This document shows, piece after piece, positions 47,981-61,420 of a DNA stretch of 64,000 nt. The stretch is from contig NC_091287.1 of NCBI RefSeq assembly GCF_032444005.1, positions 82,026,001 through 82,090,000 of the forward strand. Direction: 5' to 3'. The DNA is from Ranitomeya imitator (taxonomy: Eukaryota). The notes beneath the pieces are model-generated. The model did no database searches and was not told the origin of the DNA. It was given only the letters and a program-made list of their open reading frames with translations. Every line of letters begins with the position of its first letter. Positions within the stretch are counted from its first letter, which is position 1. A program made the translations under genes and the position numbers.

Positions 47981-49710
47981 TAACATTTCTGGTGAGGCAC
48001 ACAGAGGTGCATGCCACTGATAAGAGGCAACAGATTAATTAAGTAGTGTGGGCCTCCTAATTAATTTGGTGCATCTTATTGCTGCACATCCCTAATTAAG
48101 ACTGGCGTAAGACATGGCAGTCTTAATTGATTTGCAGCCATAGTGTCTACTTCCACTGTATACAAATCTGTGGAGATGTTCTGATCGCTTATTGCAAACC
48201 CGGTCTACACAGGAACAGTATATGAGGTAACAGCCTTGGGGAGAAAAGCAAAGTGGGAAATTATTGCTACAGACTCATTAAAAACATATTAAAAAGATGG
48301 CAGTAAAGGAATCCTAAACACTGTACAACAAACCAAAAGAGAGAACACCAAACGTGGCCATAAAATAGTCAGGACAAAAAGGTATCAAATGTAAAAAAAA
48401 CTTTATTTAGCAAGGAATTTGGTTACATGGTGGCACTGTAGAAGAAGGGTGCCCATAACTTAATTAAAAACAGGTATTGACTGTACATATAATATAGACA
48501 AATGTGTAAAGATAAAACAACCTCTGAAACACAGGACACAGTATCGACAATATAGTATATATTAAAACAGGTATTGAAGAGACTGTGCAACAAACCTAAA
48601 CTGAGAATAATGAATGCAAGTGCTGCAGATTCTTTTAGGCAGATTATCCAGCTATGGCCGGGGCAGCGCAGCAAAATATCAACATTTCTTATCAATTCCT
48701 TACTAATGTATTTTAGTTGGATGTCAGCTAATAAGTATATCTGTTATATTGCTATTTCTTCTATCTGAAAATGCTAACAAAGGCAAGATGTCAATGGCAA
48801 TACAGGAAGGTGAGAGAAAACAGAACTGAAGAATGGACAATGTATGGCCAGATAGAGCCAAGAGCAGCAACGTGGACAGCCCAGAGTGGGAACTTAGTGA
48901 TGCCAATTGCAGGGCGTGGGGACAGGCAAGGATATGGACCAATAACCAGGAGCAATTCAAGGTGGGAACAAGGACATACAGGAACAGACTACAAATAGAC
49001 TGAAGAGAAACCAGTATCGGCATCCAATAGCAGGCCAGGATGGGAACAAGTAAACCCAGGTGCAGACCTCACATAGAACAATAAGAAACGAAAAGCAGGT
49101 CAGAGTAGAAGCCATGACATTCCAAGAGCAAAAATTTCAGATTAAAAACAAGCAGTGTCAAGAAGCAAGTCGGGATCAGAACCCAGAGCTTGAAACGAAA
49201 CCCAAACATACCAGAGGCACTGCTAAGGAACAGGTCAGGGTGAGAACCAGGAGATAGTCTCAAATGTAACTAATAGATACCAATAATATGTCAGAACCAG
49301 GATTCAAAGGACCCAGATGATACCAGGGGCAGAATCCAGTAACAGATCAGGGTGAGAATCAGGACATACAAAGAGCAGGTCTTTAATGCAACTAGGAGAT
49401 ATTAGGAACATTGACTAGCAGGCCCCTTACAGAACCAGGAGATGATAGGAGCATCAACCAGTAACATGCCTCAGAAAGAACCAGGATCAGGGATACCAGG
49501 AACATGTCAAGAAGCTGAAAAAGGTCACAGCGCACAAGTGTGGCTCAGGAATGTGGAAGGTTGTCTAGGATGGAAATATGTTCATTCTCAGGATAGCATA
49601 TCAGCAACTAGAGTACAAGGCAGGAGCAATGTCAGGAATAACTAGGGGCCAAGATAATACAAGTACCAGAAACAAAGTCTTATGAGGACGGGTTCACAGG
49701 ACTAAACATA

Positions 49711-50845
49711 CCGTATTTTTCAGACCATAAGACGCACTTTTTTCCTCCAAATTTGGCAGGAAAGCGTGGGTGCGTCTTATGGTGGGAATGTAGCATGTGG
49801 GTAGGGGGCAGCTGCAGAGTGGGATCGCAATGGGATCACACTCGCAGGAGGCAGGAAAATGTCTCCGCTGCAGGATTCCGGTGCTGGGGAAACCATGTGG
49901 TCTTGATACTTAAAGTGAAGTGAATATTCATTAGCCACTTCCCCGCCCACTTGTCAGCATGGAGCAGTGAGCGGGGAGCAGCAAACCAATATTCCTTCAC
50001 TAAAAGAGTGGACCCACATGGTTTCCCCAGGGCTAGATTCCAGCAGTGGCTGGGGAGATCATGTGTCTGGTGGAGGTGGGGGCAGCAGCAGGGTGCTAGA
50101 GGAGAGAGGGATGCGGCATACCTATCAGCTCAGCTCCTGCTCGGGCTGTGCTGGATGCTGAGTGCTGCAGCATAAGGACCTCTGTGAGGTCATGAACAGG
50201 GCGGGCTGGAGCATCACATGACTGCACAAAGTCCTGCCTCTTCATGATGTCAACAAAGGTCCTGCAGACAGCTCATTACAAGCATTGCAGCTTCCTCTTA
50301 CCTGATCTGTGGTGAGGTCATAATAGGGAGGGCACTGTGCGGTCATGGATGGCTGCAGGACCTGCAATGAGCACTGCCTGTAGAAGAAAGAATTAATTAA
50401 AAGGTTAGTGATTACAGCACATAAAAAAGCACTCCTCCTCTCCTGTGGTAAACCATAACTCCCAGCATGCCATAGGATCTGCAGGACATGCTAGGAGTTA
50501 TAGTTCTCCTATGGGATCTTAAAGCAGCACACCATTGTTATTTTTCACTGCTGGAGTGGTGCTTTAAATATAAGCCCTGTGCCCCCATTCTTATACTCAC
50601 CCTCTAGGGTCTTCATACAGTACTTTACAGACACCATGCTGGTCCCGCAGCACCATCTTCTACCTGTAGCTTCCAACATAATAACATACTGTTATAGATA
50701 ATAACACCACATATAATAGTATGCTATTTATGCTATTAAATATTTTACCACATTTTTTGCTTCAAATATATTTTTCCCTATTTTCCACCTCTAAAGCCTA
50801 GATGCGTCTTATAGTCCGGTGCGTCTTATAGTCCAAAAAATGCTG
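49711..50845. mobile_element. Non-autonomous Tc1/pogo-type element
   Basis: TA TSD. TIRs CCGTATTTTTCAGACCATAAGACGCAC / GTGCGTCTTATAGTCCAAAAAATGCTG. Confidence 0.75.
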
Positions 50846-53352
50846 TAGGTACTATTCTGTGAACTGTGTACAAACAAAGATTGGGATGATGGAACTACCT
50901 GGGTTATATAGAAGACCTTGATAAGCTCTTGAGTAATAGCTGCAAAGCAAAAATAAATCAGAACATTGAAGAATTAACCTTTGCTTCGCTGAAGGAGCCA
51001 GATATGGTCATGTGCAATGGAAGCAGAGCTGAATTGCACCCAGAGCAGCAGAGTTGGATTCATAGAACACACTTGGATAAGACTCAAATATGCCACAAGA
51101 ATCACATTGCATCTTGCCAGCCAGAGAGAGATGTTCTTGACAAGAGATTTTCAAACTATTGTTCCAAGAGTTGTATAGTGAAAGTGTATTAATATTATGC
51201 AAGTAAAAAAAAGCTATGAAATTTGTTTGCGTGCCTCTCGTACAGTAATTAACATTTTAACTATGATTTCATAAGTAGAAACATTTACATTTATTGTACT
51301 GGAGGTAGGCATATAAATGTTCAGTTTTAATTTCTCCACTCTGATCACATTGAAAAATAATCAATTATGATACATAAACTGGAAAACCCATTAGCGAGGA
51401 ACTGCCCTGGTGAACCTAAAGAATTTGTTAAATGTTAAAGCTTCCCTATGAGGATACATTAGTGATTATATTAAGTGTGAGATTTTTCTGGAAACCCAAA
51501 GAAAGTAATTGCAATGAAATATACGGTATGTCAGGGGACTTCAGAAGTACACAGGACTTCATGGGAGGTCTTACCAGTCACTGTGGATTTGTGAGACAAG
51601 ATGAAGAAGGATAATCTTAGACCTGGACAGCACGAGTCATCTTAGTGGTGATCTAGGTTTGGGTCTGTAGAACAACAGGTGTCCTGCAAATAAAATGGTG
51701 AAGCTGTAACTCAAGCACCTAAGCTCATCAAACCAACAGACTGTCAATCACAGATTCAAGCACATGAAAGAAAAAGGTGGATGGTCTTATTAAAACAACC
51801 TTTTCATCCACCATTATTATCCTTGGAAGTAACAAGAATAATCTTTAAGAAAAGTGGACTATGTAATACTTGTGTAAGGTAGGCATTTTCCGACTCCCCA
51901 AAACACCCTGCTTTGATACCCCTGAGTATGTTTGTGCTTTGCAGGCCACAAGTGCTAGGATGGAATGGGGACCTTATGTTCACGCGATGAATCAGAGAGG
52001 GCAAAAACAGTTTTAAAAAGTTAAGAACAGTTGATATGATAAACAGTATGTAATTTTTTAGCCGTTTCTTCAGCATAAGACAGGCTCATAGCTTAGTTTT
52101 TTGATAAATTGCATAATGATGGTGTTCAGTGCAGATTACAGAGTAACAGGATATCTCTTTACCCACTCAATATCTCTCACTATAATGCTGTATCCCTCAT
52201 TCCTTCCTGATCAGATAAAGATTCAACTTAGTCCTCCAGGACTGGTTTGAAACGTTGTCAGTAGCCTACTCCACAATAGCTGCATACCGGAATCTCAGTA
52301 GTGGACAATCCCTCTAAGAAATAAGGAGATCAAAGATTACATGACTGTTCCTTTGCTTTATATATGGATTCTTCACTACTGTAACATAACTCAGTGCTTT
52401 GACATTTGGACACTTAAAAGTTTTGCCTCTTGAAGACAACCTTTTCTCAGAAGAAAGCAGCCATGATTATCAGTTTGCCATAAGTATGGCTCATGAAACC
52501 TCCCAGTGTCATCTGTATGAAATCCTGACCATGTAATACATAGACACATGAGATGCATTATTTTTATATTATTACTAGCTGTATCCGGCCACGCGTTTCT
52601 GTGGCTCTGCCTGGTTAAATGGAAAAAAAAGAAAAGAGAAAACGCATGTTTCCAATATGTTTAATTTTACAATGCTTGTGGGTGTGCAATATTTTTTGTT
52701 GTTCCATTGTCTGTGTAGATCTAGAGATTGTCTGGTTTGCCAACTGTAGAACACGCAACCTATATTTGTCCATGTGAGAAGCAATCCGTGTCTAGATCTA
52801 ACCTACACAATTCTAAAGATTGGCCCTGAGCTTTGTTAATTTTAATTTGAAAAACCAATCGAATTGGGAATGGCAATCTCTTAAATTGAAATGGCATATC
52901 CGATGTATCATAGGAATACGAGGAATAAGGACATCTTCACCTTTTGAAAGGTCCTATCAAGATTGTTGCTTCTACAACGTTGCTCAATAATTGTTTTACT
53001 GCAAGCTGCTTGCCGTTGCAAAGATTTGGCTGGATAATATTTCGCAACATGATAATTGGCACGCCGATTTTCAATTGCAGTACGTGCGGTGGCATCCCTG
53101 GTTGATGGAGTAAATTCAAATATTCTGTAATTAACCGCTTCATTTGCTTCCACAACAGTGTTGACGGACTTGTATGTGACTGCCTCGCTTTGAATGTTAG
53201 ACTAAATAATATTGTTAAGCTCATAGTTGTCTTTGCTCTAGGCCCCAAGAATAGCTCGTTCACACAGCCAATCGTGATTCTTATAATTGGTTTGAATATT
53301 GGGAAATACTCTTTCAATCAATTCTTCTTTTGACACCACTAAATTACATAAG

Positions 53353-53946
53353 TGTCATGGTCTGCTGAATTTCTGGGATTAGGTTATTTTAGGGTTAACC
53401 TCACTCTGTGATTCTGGGAGGCTTCTTATAGCCTCATTGTGGGGCCATTCCCTGTCGCTTATACTCTGACCCTTGGCCGAGTGTGTGTGACCCTGTTGTG
53501 CCTGTGCTTTGTGCCTGTGCTACTTTATGCTTGTCTGATTCTGATCTGGTTCTGTCCCCGTTTGGAGTTCTGTCTGTCCCTTTTGTACTGCGCTGCTATC
53601 TCTGTGTATGACTCCTTGCCTACGTTCTGACTATTCTCTGCTTGCCCCTTCTGTTCCGCGCCACCCTCTCTGAGTATGACTCCTTTTTGTACGACTTGAG
53701 TTTTCCTCTCCTCTACTTCAGGGTGCGTGTAGAATCCTGCACTTATCTCAAGTAGCAGGATGCTAAGCCCCGCCCCCTGTGGTCACATGATCATAGGTCC
53801 TTCTGTTTTCTGCTATCTTCTGTGCACTGCTCAGGTCCCGTCTGCATGAGCTTTCCCCATGGCATCTGACCCCGGGCTCTCCCGCAGTGTGGGTGAGTCA
53901 CCCTGCTCAGCCGTGGCAGCGCGCCGGTGCAGACAGGATCCTGATA
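53353..53946. mobile_element. Solo LTR inserted in the Helitron helicase
   Basis: TGTCA...TGATA termini with a 5-bp TSD ATAAG. Removing it restores [23 protein letters not shown]. Confidence 0.8.
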
Positions 53947-54619
53947 ATAAGTTATGAGGCAATGAAATTCGTCCTGAGGTCAGATCAACCAGAACCTTTC
54001 CATTCCCAATTTCCAGCAATTGATATGAGAATATCTCAGCTAATCGATTGTTTTGCAGTTGGACACGCATACCTGTAGTTAATTTTAACGTCTTTACGTG
54101 TCGCTACAAATAGAGTATTTCAGGCAAGCATTTATTTTGTCCGTTGGTGTCGATCGAGGAATTACAGGTATTGTTTGTCTGAAATCTACTGCAAGCAATA
54201 TTATTACGTTCCCAAATGGTCTGATGTTTCCATGCAAATCTTGCAATGATTGATTAAGAGCTTTGAACGATTTTTTTGTGTGCCATTGTGCATTCATCCC
54301 AAACAATAAGTTTGCATTTCTGCCCTACTTTACCCATGCCGGATTCTTTGGAAATATTGCATGTGGGAGTTACAATGAATTGTATGTTAAATGCCAATTT
54401 CAAAGCTGAATGAGTAGTTCTTCCACCTGGTAGCAATTCGCAGCTATTGCTGACAGAAACAATCTAATTAGGAACGTTTTACCAGTTCCTCCTAGTGCAT
54501 TTAAGAAGAAGGTTTCTCCAACCCCTTTATTGACATTTTGCACTATTTGATTATAAATACCTTTTTGCTCAAGTGTTAGATTAGGAATACTTGATTGCAC
54601 ATACGACAAAAGATCACTT

Positions 54620-55143
54620 AGTAACATAGTAACATAGTAACATAGTTAGTAAGGCTGAAAAAAGACATTTGTCCATCCAGTTCAGCCTATATTCCATCAT
54701 AATAAATCCCCAGATCTACGTCCTTCTACAGAACCTAATAATTGTATGATACAATATTGTTCTGCTCCAGGAAGACATCCAGGCCTCTCTTGAACCCCTC
54801 GACTGAGTTCGCCATCACCACCTCCTCAGGCAAGCAATTCCAGATTCTCACTGCCCTAACAGTAAAGAATCCTCTTCTATGTTGGTGGAAAAACCTTCTC
54901 TCCTCCAGACGCAAAGAATGCCCCCTTGTGCCCGTCACCTTCCTTGGTATAAACAGATCCTCAGCGAGATATTTGTATTGTCCCCTTATATACTTATACA
55001 TGGTTATTAGATCGCCCCTCAGTTGTCTTTTTTCTAGACTAAATAATCCTAATTTCACTAATCTATCTGGGTATTGTAGTTCTCCCATCCCCTTTATTAA
55101 TTTTGTTGCCCTCCTTTGTACTCTCTCTAGTTCCATTATAGTA
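54620..55143 (-). mobile_element. Short 3' fragment of the same CR1 family, inserted in the Helitron
   Basis: Near-identical (2 differences seen) to 46770-47289, with the same microsatellite tail. Confidence 0.92.
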
Positions 55144-56366
55144 ACTTGTGTTGTAATTTTGTTCATGACTCAATTCTACATTGAACGAAGCAGCAGCTGA
55201 TCGATTCGGTGATGGCATTCCCAATTGATTGAGAACTATGCTCATGATTACTAAGCACAAATCTTCAATCATTATCAACGATTCGTTGTAGATTTCTGCA
55301 GTGAAATCCATATTCATATTTGAATTTTCCTTGCGTATTCAACGGAAAATATCTTCAACCACGTGCAATTTATATTTCTCCCATAATTCTGTTGGAGATG
55401 AAGGAGAACAGGAAATCCATATAAATGCAAACACTGCACAAATTTGATTTGGATGTGATGTGTTGCACGTGTCATTAACCTTCGTCCGACTGAGTAGGTA
55501 CAATTGTAACTATTCCGTTTTAAAATTGCAATAACTTTTTTTTCGAAAAGCCATAGAGGGCTGAAATTTCGTGACATCTCTGCAGTTTTGGTCCAGAATA
55601 TATTGGCCAAATTTCAATAAAATATATATGAAGGTACAATTGTACCTCTGCAGCCTGTTAACCTTGTAAAATTATGCAGCCTGACGAAGGTTAATGCATA
55701 CATCCCAGTGTTGGTCGTTCCCCAATAAATTGAGAGCTTGACGTGCACTGTGGAAAGTCGCATGTGTAACGCCGCTGATAATTCTCAATTGCTGGAAAGA
55801 CGTTGGACCGGGCAAATTTATCAACAGCTTGCGAAGAAAAAAGCATTCATCTTGATTGGGATGCATGGTGTACAGTCTGCCTATCATAGTTTTTAAATAT
55901 TTCAGGTTGTCCGCCGACTGGCTCTCCTCGTTTGTGTCGTTCAAATGATTTTCTACTCGCATTCCATGTGTAATACGTAGCCACTTCCGAACACAGCAGT
56001 GTTTTCGCAAACGTGTCATTTCGACATAACGTGAAGAAAGCAGTTAACATTGTAGCTGGTAGATTCAGGGCTATTTGTTGCACATTTGCAGCTGTGAAAT
56101 AAACGCTTTGTCCATTTTCTAGATGTAATGCTAAGTGAACAACAGCTGGACTTCGTTCATGTATGGGAAATGAAAGAATTCGCCATACAGCTTCATTGCT
56201 GCTTATGTATCTTCCAGCCTGATACTGTGCGATTTCATCTCTATGTATGACCGCATTCCTATCACTTCTTTTAGTTGCATGCGAAAAACTGCCTCGTTGC
56301 TGCCTTTATTGACGTACTTACAAATGTATTTGATCGATTTAACGGAGTTACAGTACTCCACATTTA

Positions 56367-56630
56367 CAGTGGGTATGGAAAGTATTCAGACCTCTTCAGA
56401 CTCTGTTTCATTGCAGCCATTTGGTAAATTCAAAAAAGATAATTTTTTTCTCATTAATGTACACTCTGCACCCCATCATGACAGAAAACAACAGAAATGT
56501 AGAAATTTTTGCAAATTTATTTAAAAAGAAAAACCGAAATATCACATGGTCATAAATATTCAGACCCTTTGCTCAGACACTCATATTTAAACCACATGCT
56601 GTCCATTTCCTTGTGATACTCCTTGAGATG
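56367..56630 (+). mobile_element. Tc1-like left-end fragment
   Basis: TA followed by CAGTGGGTATGGAAAGTATTCAGACC; the motif repeats internally at ~56556. Confidence 0.6.
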
Positions 56631-56634
56631 GTTG

Positions 56635-57196
56635 TGAATGTGGTTTTGAGCACCTTGAGGGGTGCAGTTTTTAGAATGGTGTCACTTTTGGGTATCATGT
56701 AACATATAGATCCCTCAAAGTAACTTTAAATGTGATGTGGTCCTTAAAAATTTGTGTAAAAATGAGAAATCGCTGGTCAAAAATTTGTGTAAAAATGAGA
56801 AATCGCTGGTCAACCTTTAACCCTTATAACTTCCTAAGAAAAACATTTTTGGTTCCAAAATTGTGCTGATGTAAAGTAGACATGTGGGAAATGTTACTTA
56901 TTAAGTATTTTGTGTGACATATCTCTGTGCTGCAAGGGCATGAAAAATCAAACTTGGAAAACAGCAAAATTTTCTACATTTTCACCAAATTTCCATTTTT
57001 TTTCACAAATAAATGCAAGTCATATCAAAGAAATGTTACCACTATCATGAAGTGCAATATGTCACAAAAAACAGTCTCAAAATCACCAGGATACATTGAA
57101 GCGTTCCAGAGTTATTACCTTATAAAAGAACAGTGGTCAGAATTGCAAACATTGGCTTTGTCATTAACGTGCAAACCACCCTCGGGGGTAAAGGTA
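56635..57196 (+). mobile_element. piggyBac-like right-end fragment
   Basis: Ends CGGGGGTAAAGGTA-TTAA, an inverted match to the terminus at 25699. Confidence 0.5.
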
Positions 57197-58176
57197 TTAA
57201 AGAGAATCTCTCAGGTATGAAAACACTATTAACATGCAGATATAGAGTTAATCTGCAGGTTAAGAGCGCTATAATGCTGACTGGCCGCTGTACTGGAGAA
57301 AAATGAATTTTGCTACTCCCAGGAGCCGCCAGCTTTTAGTCATATAGGCGAGGCCAGAGCAATTGTAGTCACCGCTCATAGCCCTAAGAGTGGTTGTTGT
57401 AGGCCCGACACTGACTGACAGCTCAGCACTCATGCACTCCCGTCAATCAGCCACCAATCTCACTGTATTCTGAGCCCTGATTGTTCACAGCTCTTGGCAT
57501 CACGTAAGCTGACTAGAAGTGAGAGTCAGCAGGGAGGATAAAACTTAATTTCAACCATAGGATTTCTTTATTGAATTTGTTTTTTTGTTTTTTTTTAATT
57601 GTTTCACATCCTTTGCTTTATATTTTATGTCACCATTTCTGTAAGATCATTTCTGAATGCATTTGGCAACACTCAGCCTTTGAAATGTTACAGTGCTGTT
57701 TGATGCAATGGATGGCGTAAGAGAAGGACATAAACAGTCATCCCTGGCTGAAGAGCAGATGGCAGATTATTGATCACATGTGTGACCTGCCAGGCATGGT
57801 GATGCAATCCAGCCTATGTCTGGGCACATGCCGGGTAGATTATGTAATGGGAGCGTCTTCTCTTTATAATGTGTCATTAAGATATATTTTCACATGACTT
57901 TATTGCCCTCCTTACATTCACTCAGTCAAGCATGATGGTGTGCAGGTATTTTTACAGTTTGCTGGTTATTTGATGCTGCTTTATGATTTCCCACATACAA
58001 TTTGGTATCTATAATTTCTATGTTTGACTAAATACATTCACATTTTTTTTATTTTGCCCAGTAAACTTTTACTTGTAACAAATTTTCCTAAAAGTCCATG
58101 TCATAATCAGGATACACACACAAACACTGTATACAGAATATATTATACATATATTTCTTTTAAATATTGATTTTAA

Positions 58177-58641
58177 AAGAGGTTGTCCACTACTACGACA
58201 TCCCCATTTTAATTCCAATGTTTCTCCCCCCGTAAAAAATAGCACTTATACTCACCTCCCCTGCTAACGCCATTCTAGAGATTTCGGCACTGGCTCTCCC
58301 AGATCTCATGTGAAGTTATTATGTCAGGCAAGTCCTGCGTTCAATCAGCGCCAGCTTCATTATCCCCACCTTCAGACGAATAGGTAATCAAGAGGAAGTC
58401 AGATCTGCAGCGGCTCTCTGACTTCCTCTTGATTACTTATATGTTCAAAGACAAGGACAGTGACACTAGTACTGATTGGGCACAGGGCTCACATGTCGAA
58501 ACAACCTCGCCTGAGCCTCAGGAGCATGAGTGCCAACACTACTGGACCAGTGCCAGCATGGAAGGTGAGCAAAAGTGTTTTTATTCTATAAGGGGTGAAA
58601 ATATGGATTGAGAAGGGGTTGTTCTAGAAGTGGACAACCTC
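58177..58641. mobile_element. T2/Kolobok-type MITE
   Basis: TTAA flanks. TIRs AGAGGTTGTCCACT / AGTGGACAACCTC. Confidence 0.7.
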
Positions 58642-59430
58642 TTAAAAAAAAACGCTACTCCGACAAAATTCCCAACTTGGAATACCCCAATTCTTGTATG
58701 GGCTCGGGAGGCTTTACCTTTTCCAACGTCCCCCAACTTTTACAAGAGAGTCGATAAATGTGAGTATTGTAATATGCAGCAGTAACTCAAATCTTTTTGA
58801 TAAACTGTACAAGTCCAAGCCACAACAATTGAATAGTCATTGACTGGCTGCACAGATTTCTGCTCATATGCAATTCTCAGTAAACAACCCTAATTTATAG
58901 CCAAATGAAGTATTTATTTACATTTCTACTTCATGGATCCGAGTCTTTGGGGGATATTCTATCATCACTTTAAAGCATAAAGAATTTTTGTGAAATCATC
59001 AGCCGAATTTAAACTTCTTGCATAATTGTTTGAGATTTGAGTCACCATTGCATTTATATATTTCCATTTATATGTTCCAGGATGGTTTTCAGTAACCTGA
59101 AAGAACAAAGTGTGTTATGTGAACTGATCATGGCTGCTTCAGGGATTCTACACAATGGTTATTGCAGATTTTATCTAGCAGTCATAACTGGCAGCATACG
59201 AAAATGGCACAATGAAAATGTGTTCATTTTAACTTTTCACTGTGATAAGTCACTTTTGCAATGCAAAGTGGGAAGACTCACAAATGGAAACTGTGATGCA
59301 GTTTTTGAAATGTTAAACTTTTTTTTTAATAACTTTGAGCTAATGGAAAATAAACAAGCAGTTTGAAGGTTTCAGTGGTATATTTTCTTGCTTTCGTTTT
59401 TGGTTTGTGCTTTTTTTAGTGTTTTCTTAA

Positions 59431-59904
59431 AGAAGCGCTCCTTTGAAAATGTTTATCCTCTAAATATTTTGCAGTCACGATATTATACAGCGCTGTGTAG
59501 TTATAATTGCTCATTTTGCCTTTCTACCCAGTTAATTGTTCTGTTTTCCATTAGGTCTATGACATCACATGATTAAAAACTAACTATATGAATCCTTCTA
59601 TGGTCTATGTAGAAACAGGAGGTCAATTTTCTCTGCACAAGGCATAAGTTACTGCAAAAGTTTATTGCGGGGGAGTGGTGGAGCTGAAAAGAGGAACGAT
59701 TTCTGCAGGGACAAGAGACTTCCTGTTTCTACATAGACCATAGAAGGATTCATATAGTTAGTTTTTAATCATGTGATGCATGAGCAGAGAAGAGAAAAAA
59801 TAGCTGGATAGAAAGGCAAAATGAGCAATTGTAAGTACACAGTGCTATATAATATGATGATTGCAATTTATTAGGAGGATAAAAACTTTGATGGGAGTGG
59901 TTCT
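59431..59904. mobile_element. TTAA MITE copy E
   Basis: TTAA-AGAAGCGCTCC ... CTTTGATGGGAGTGGTTCTTT; the right TTAA is lost. Confidence 0.65.
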
Positions 59905-60866
59905 TTGGTGATGACTTTAAAGTTATATAGGAAAGAATAAGTCCACCAAAATTATTTAAACACATAAACCCCAAATTATCTGCATGAAGAAGTAGTCATA
60001 CTTTGCTAAAAACTATTAACATTTGCCTTCATCACATTCCCCCATAAAAAATAATACAACAAAAGAACACTACAACACTAATTTCACTTAATGGACACAG
60101 AAACCATACTCAGAATCATAATATTATGAATATAACTGAAATGCAGAACACTTCAATCCTCCTAAAGCACTTGCATCAGAGGTCTCTATAGTCCTAAAAA
60201 TAGTACAAGAAAATCAAAACAAAATACATAGTATAGGTGAGACAAAGTGCATACAGACCACTGGTGTCGAATGCATAGTTGACTGACGTTCTGAATGTTT
60301 CACCTGCTTTTCTTCTGTGGTTGTTTTGCCACGTATTTTTTATAAATCTATAATTTACTTTTGATTATCCTTAAAACCCAAATTATATAATATTAGGTAA
60401 GCAGATACACAAACAGAAAATAAAATGTGGCAGTGTAGGTGTGGCATTTAAGGTTGTCAAATTGGACTGATAAAACAGATATGCAGAAACAGACATGCAG
60501 TTTAATGTACACATTTATTTAAAAAACATTCAACCTCCTTCCCAATATGATGATAATTATGATAAGTAGGTATTCATCCAAAAAGACAGCACCTGGTACC
60601 GGGTGCTGTGTTGGTGTGGCATGTATGAATGTAAAATGTATCCCACCTTGGGGACATGGTATGGCAGATAAAATGGAGACCAATTTTCCCATTCAGTGTC
60701 TGTGACTGGAGCTGTGAAAACCTCCAGTGTGTTTGTTAAAGGACACTGACCTGAGCGGGTGAACCTGCAATACTTTATGGACTATTTACTTGTTTTTTCA
60801 CTCTGTGCCAGAAAAGACTGTTTGTTTGCTTGTGCTGAACTAGTTATGAAATCCTAAAATAAACCA

Positions 60867-61315
60867 CGCCCCCCTATTCCTCGCCGCAGTGTAGCGGCGC
60901 CCTTGGCCAGGACGCCGCTTGTCTACATTTCCGGTGCGCGCGTGGCAGTCAGGCGCCAATAGGGAGGACGCTCCCCTCGGGCCTGTCGCTTCACGCCGCC
61001 GTCCGGACCCCATCACCTCGGACTCACGGAGGAGCAGCTGTCTTCACCTCCTCAGCGCTCCACCAAGTCTCTGCAGTCAAAGTTTTGGCACTTCAGTCAC
61101 TAAGTAAGTGCTCATTTTAATCCTTTTGTGGGTATTTTTTAGTTCACTATATTTATTATTTAGGAGAAAGGTAGCGCGGTGGTCTAACTTCTAGTTTTAT
61201 TCTTTTCTATATATATGACAGGCTTGGCGCAGTAGCCGTCTAGGCACCAGCAGCTTCCTCCACTCCTACACCCACTATCATTTGGAGCGCCGGTGTATTA
61301 ATTTATTATATTACT
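60867..61315. mobile_element. CpG-rich retroposed (Penelope-like?) insertion within the LTR
   Basis: Flanked by the 15-bp direct repeat TCCTAAAATAAACCA (60852-60866 and 61316-61330). The family assignment is inferred. Confidence 0.6.
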
Positions 61316-61402
61316 TCCTAAAATAAACCAGCCTGAACATTTTAATGAAACAGTCTACTGTGCCTATCTCAACTGCAACCAAATGAGTAGAAATCCTACA
61401 AT

Positions 61403-61420
61403 TGGTGGAGAATGCGGACA
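61403..61420 (+). promoter_or_regulatory. tRNA-Ala primer-binding site
   Basis: TGGTGGAGAATGCGGACA, 2 nt after the LTR CA. It matches the complement of the vertebrate tRNA-Ala(AGC) 3' end (TGGTGGAGAATGCGGGCA, as I recall it) at 17/18. Confidence 0.75.

Larger units (their letters stand above)
52575..56330 (-). pseudogene. Decayed Helitron (Rep/PIF1-helicase remnants)
   Basis: 3' end CTAG|T with a GCCAC...GTGGC hairpin (52588-52605) about 9 nt away. Fragments GGTGKT, LPGGRTTHS, DFRQTIPV, LKIGVPIIMLRN..LCNG and IGRLYTMHP. Confidence 0.88.

Noticed and set aside
48700-49700. Purine-rich, CAGGA/CCAGGA-rich stretch resembling a decayed LTR
   Set aside because: No clear termini, TSD or coding remnants.
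25699-57200. One giant piggyBac spanning the matching left and right termini
   Set aside because: The left end is nested in a MITE whose right half resumes ~270 bp later, so these are separate fragments.
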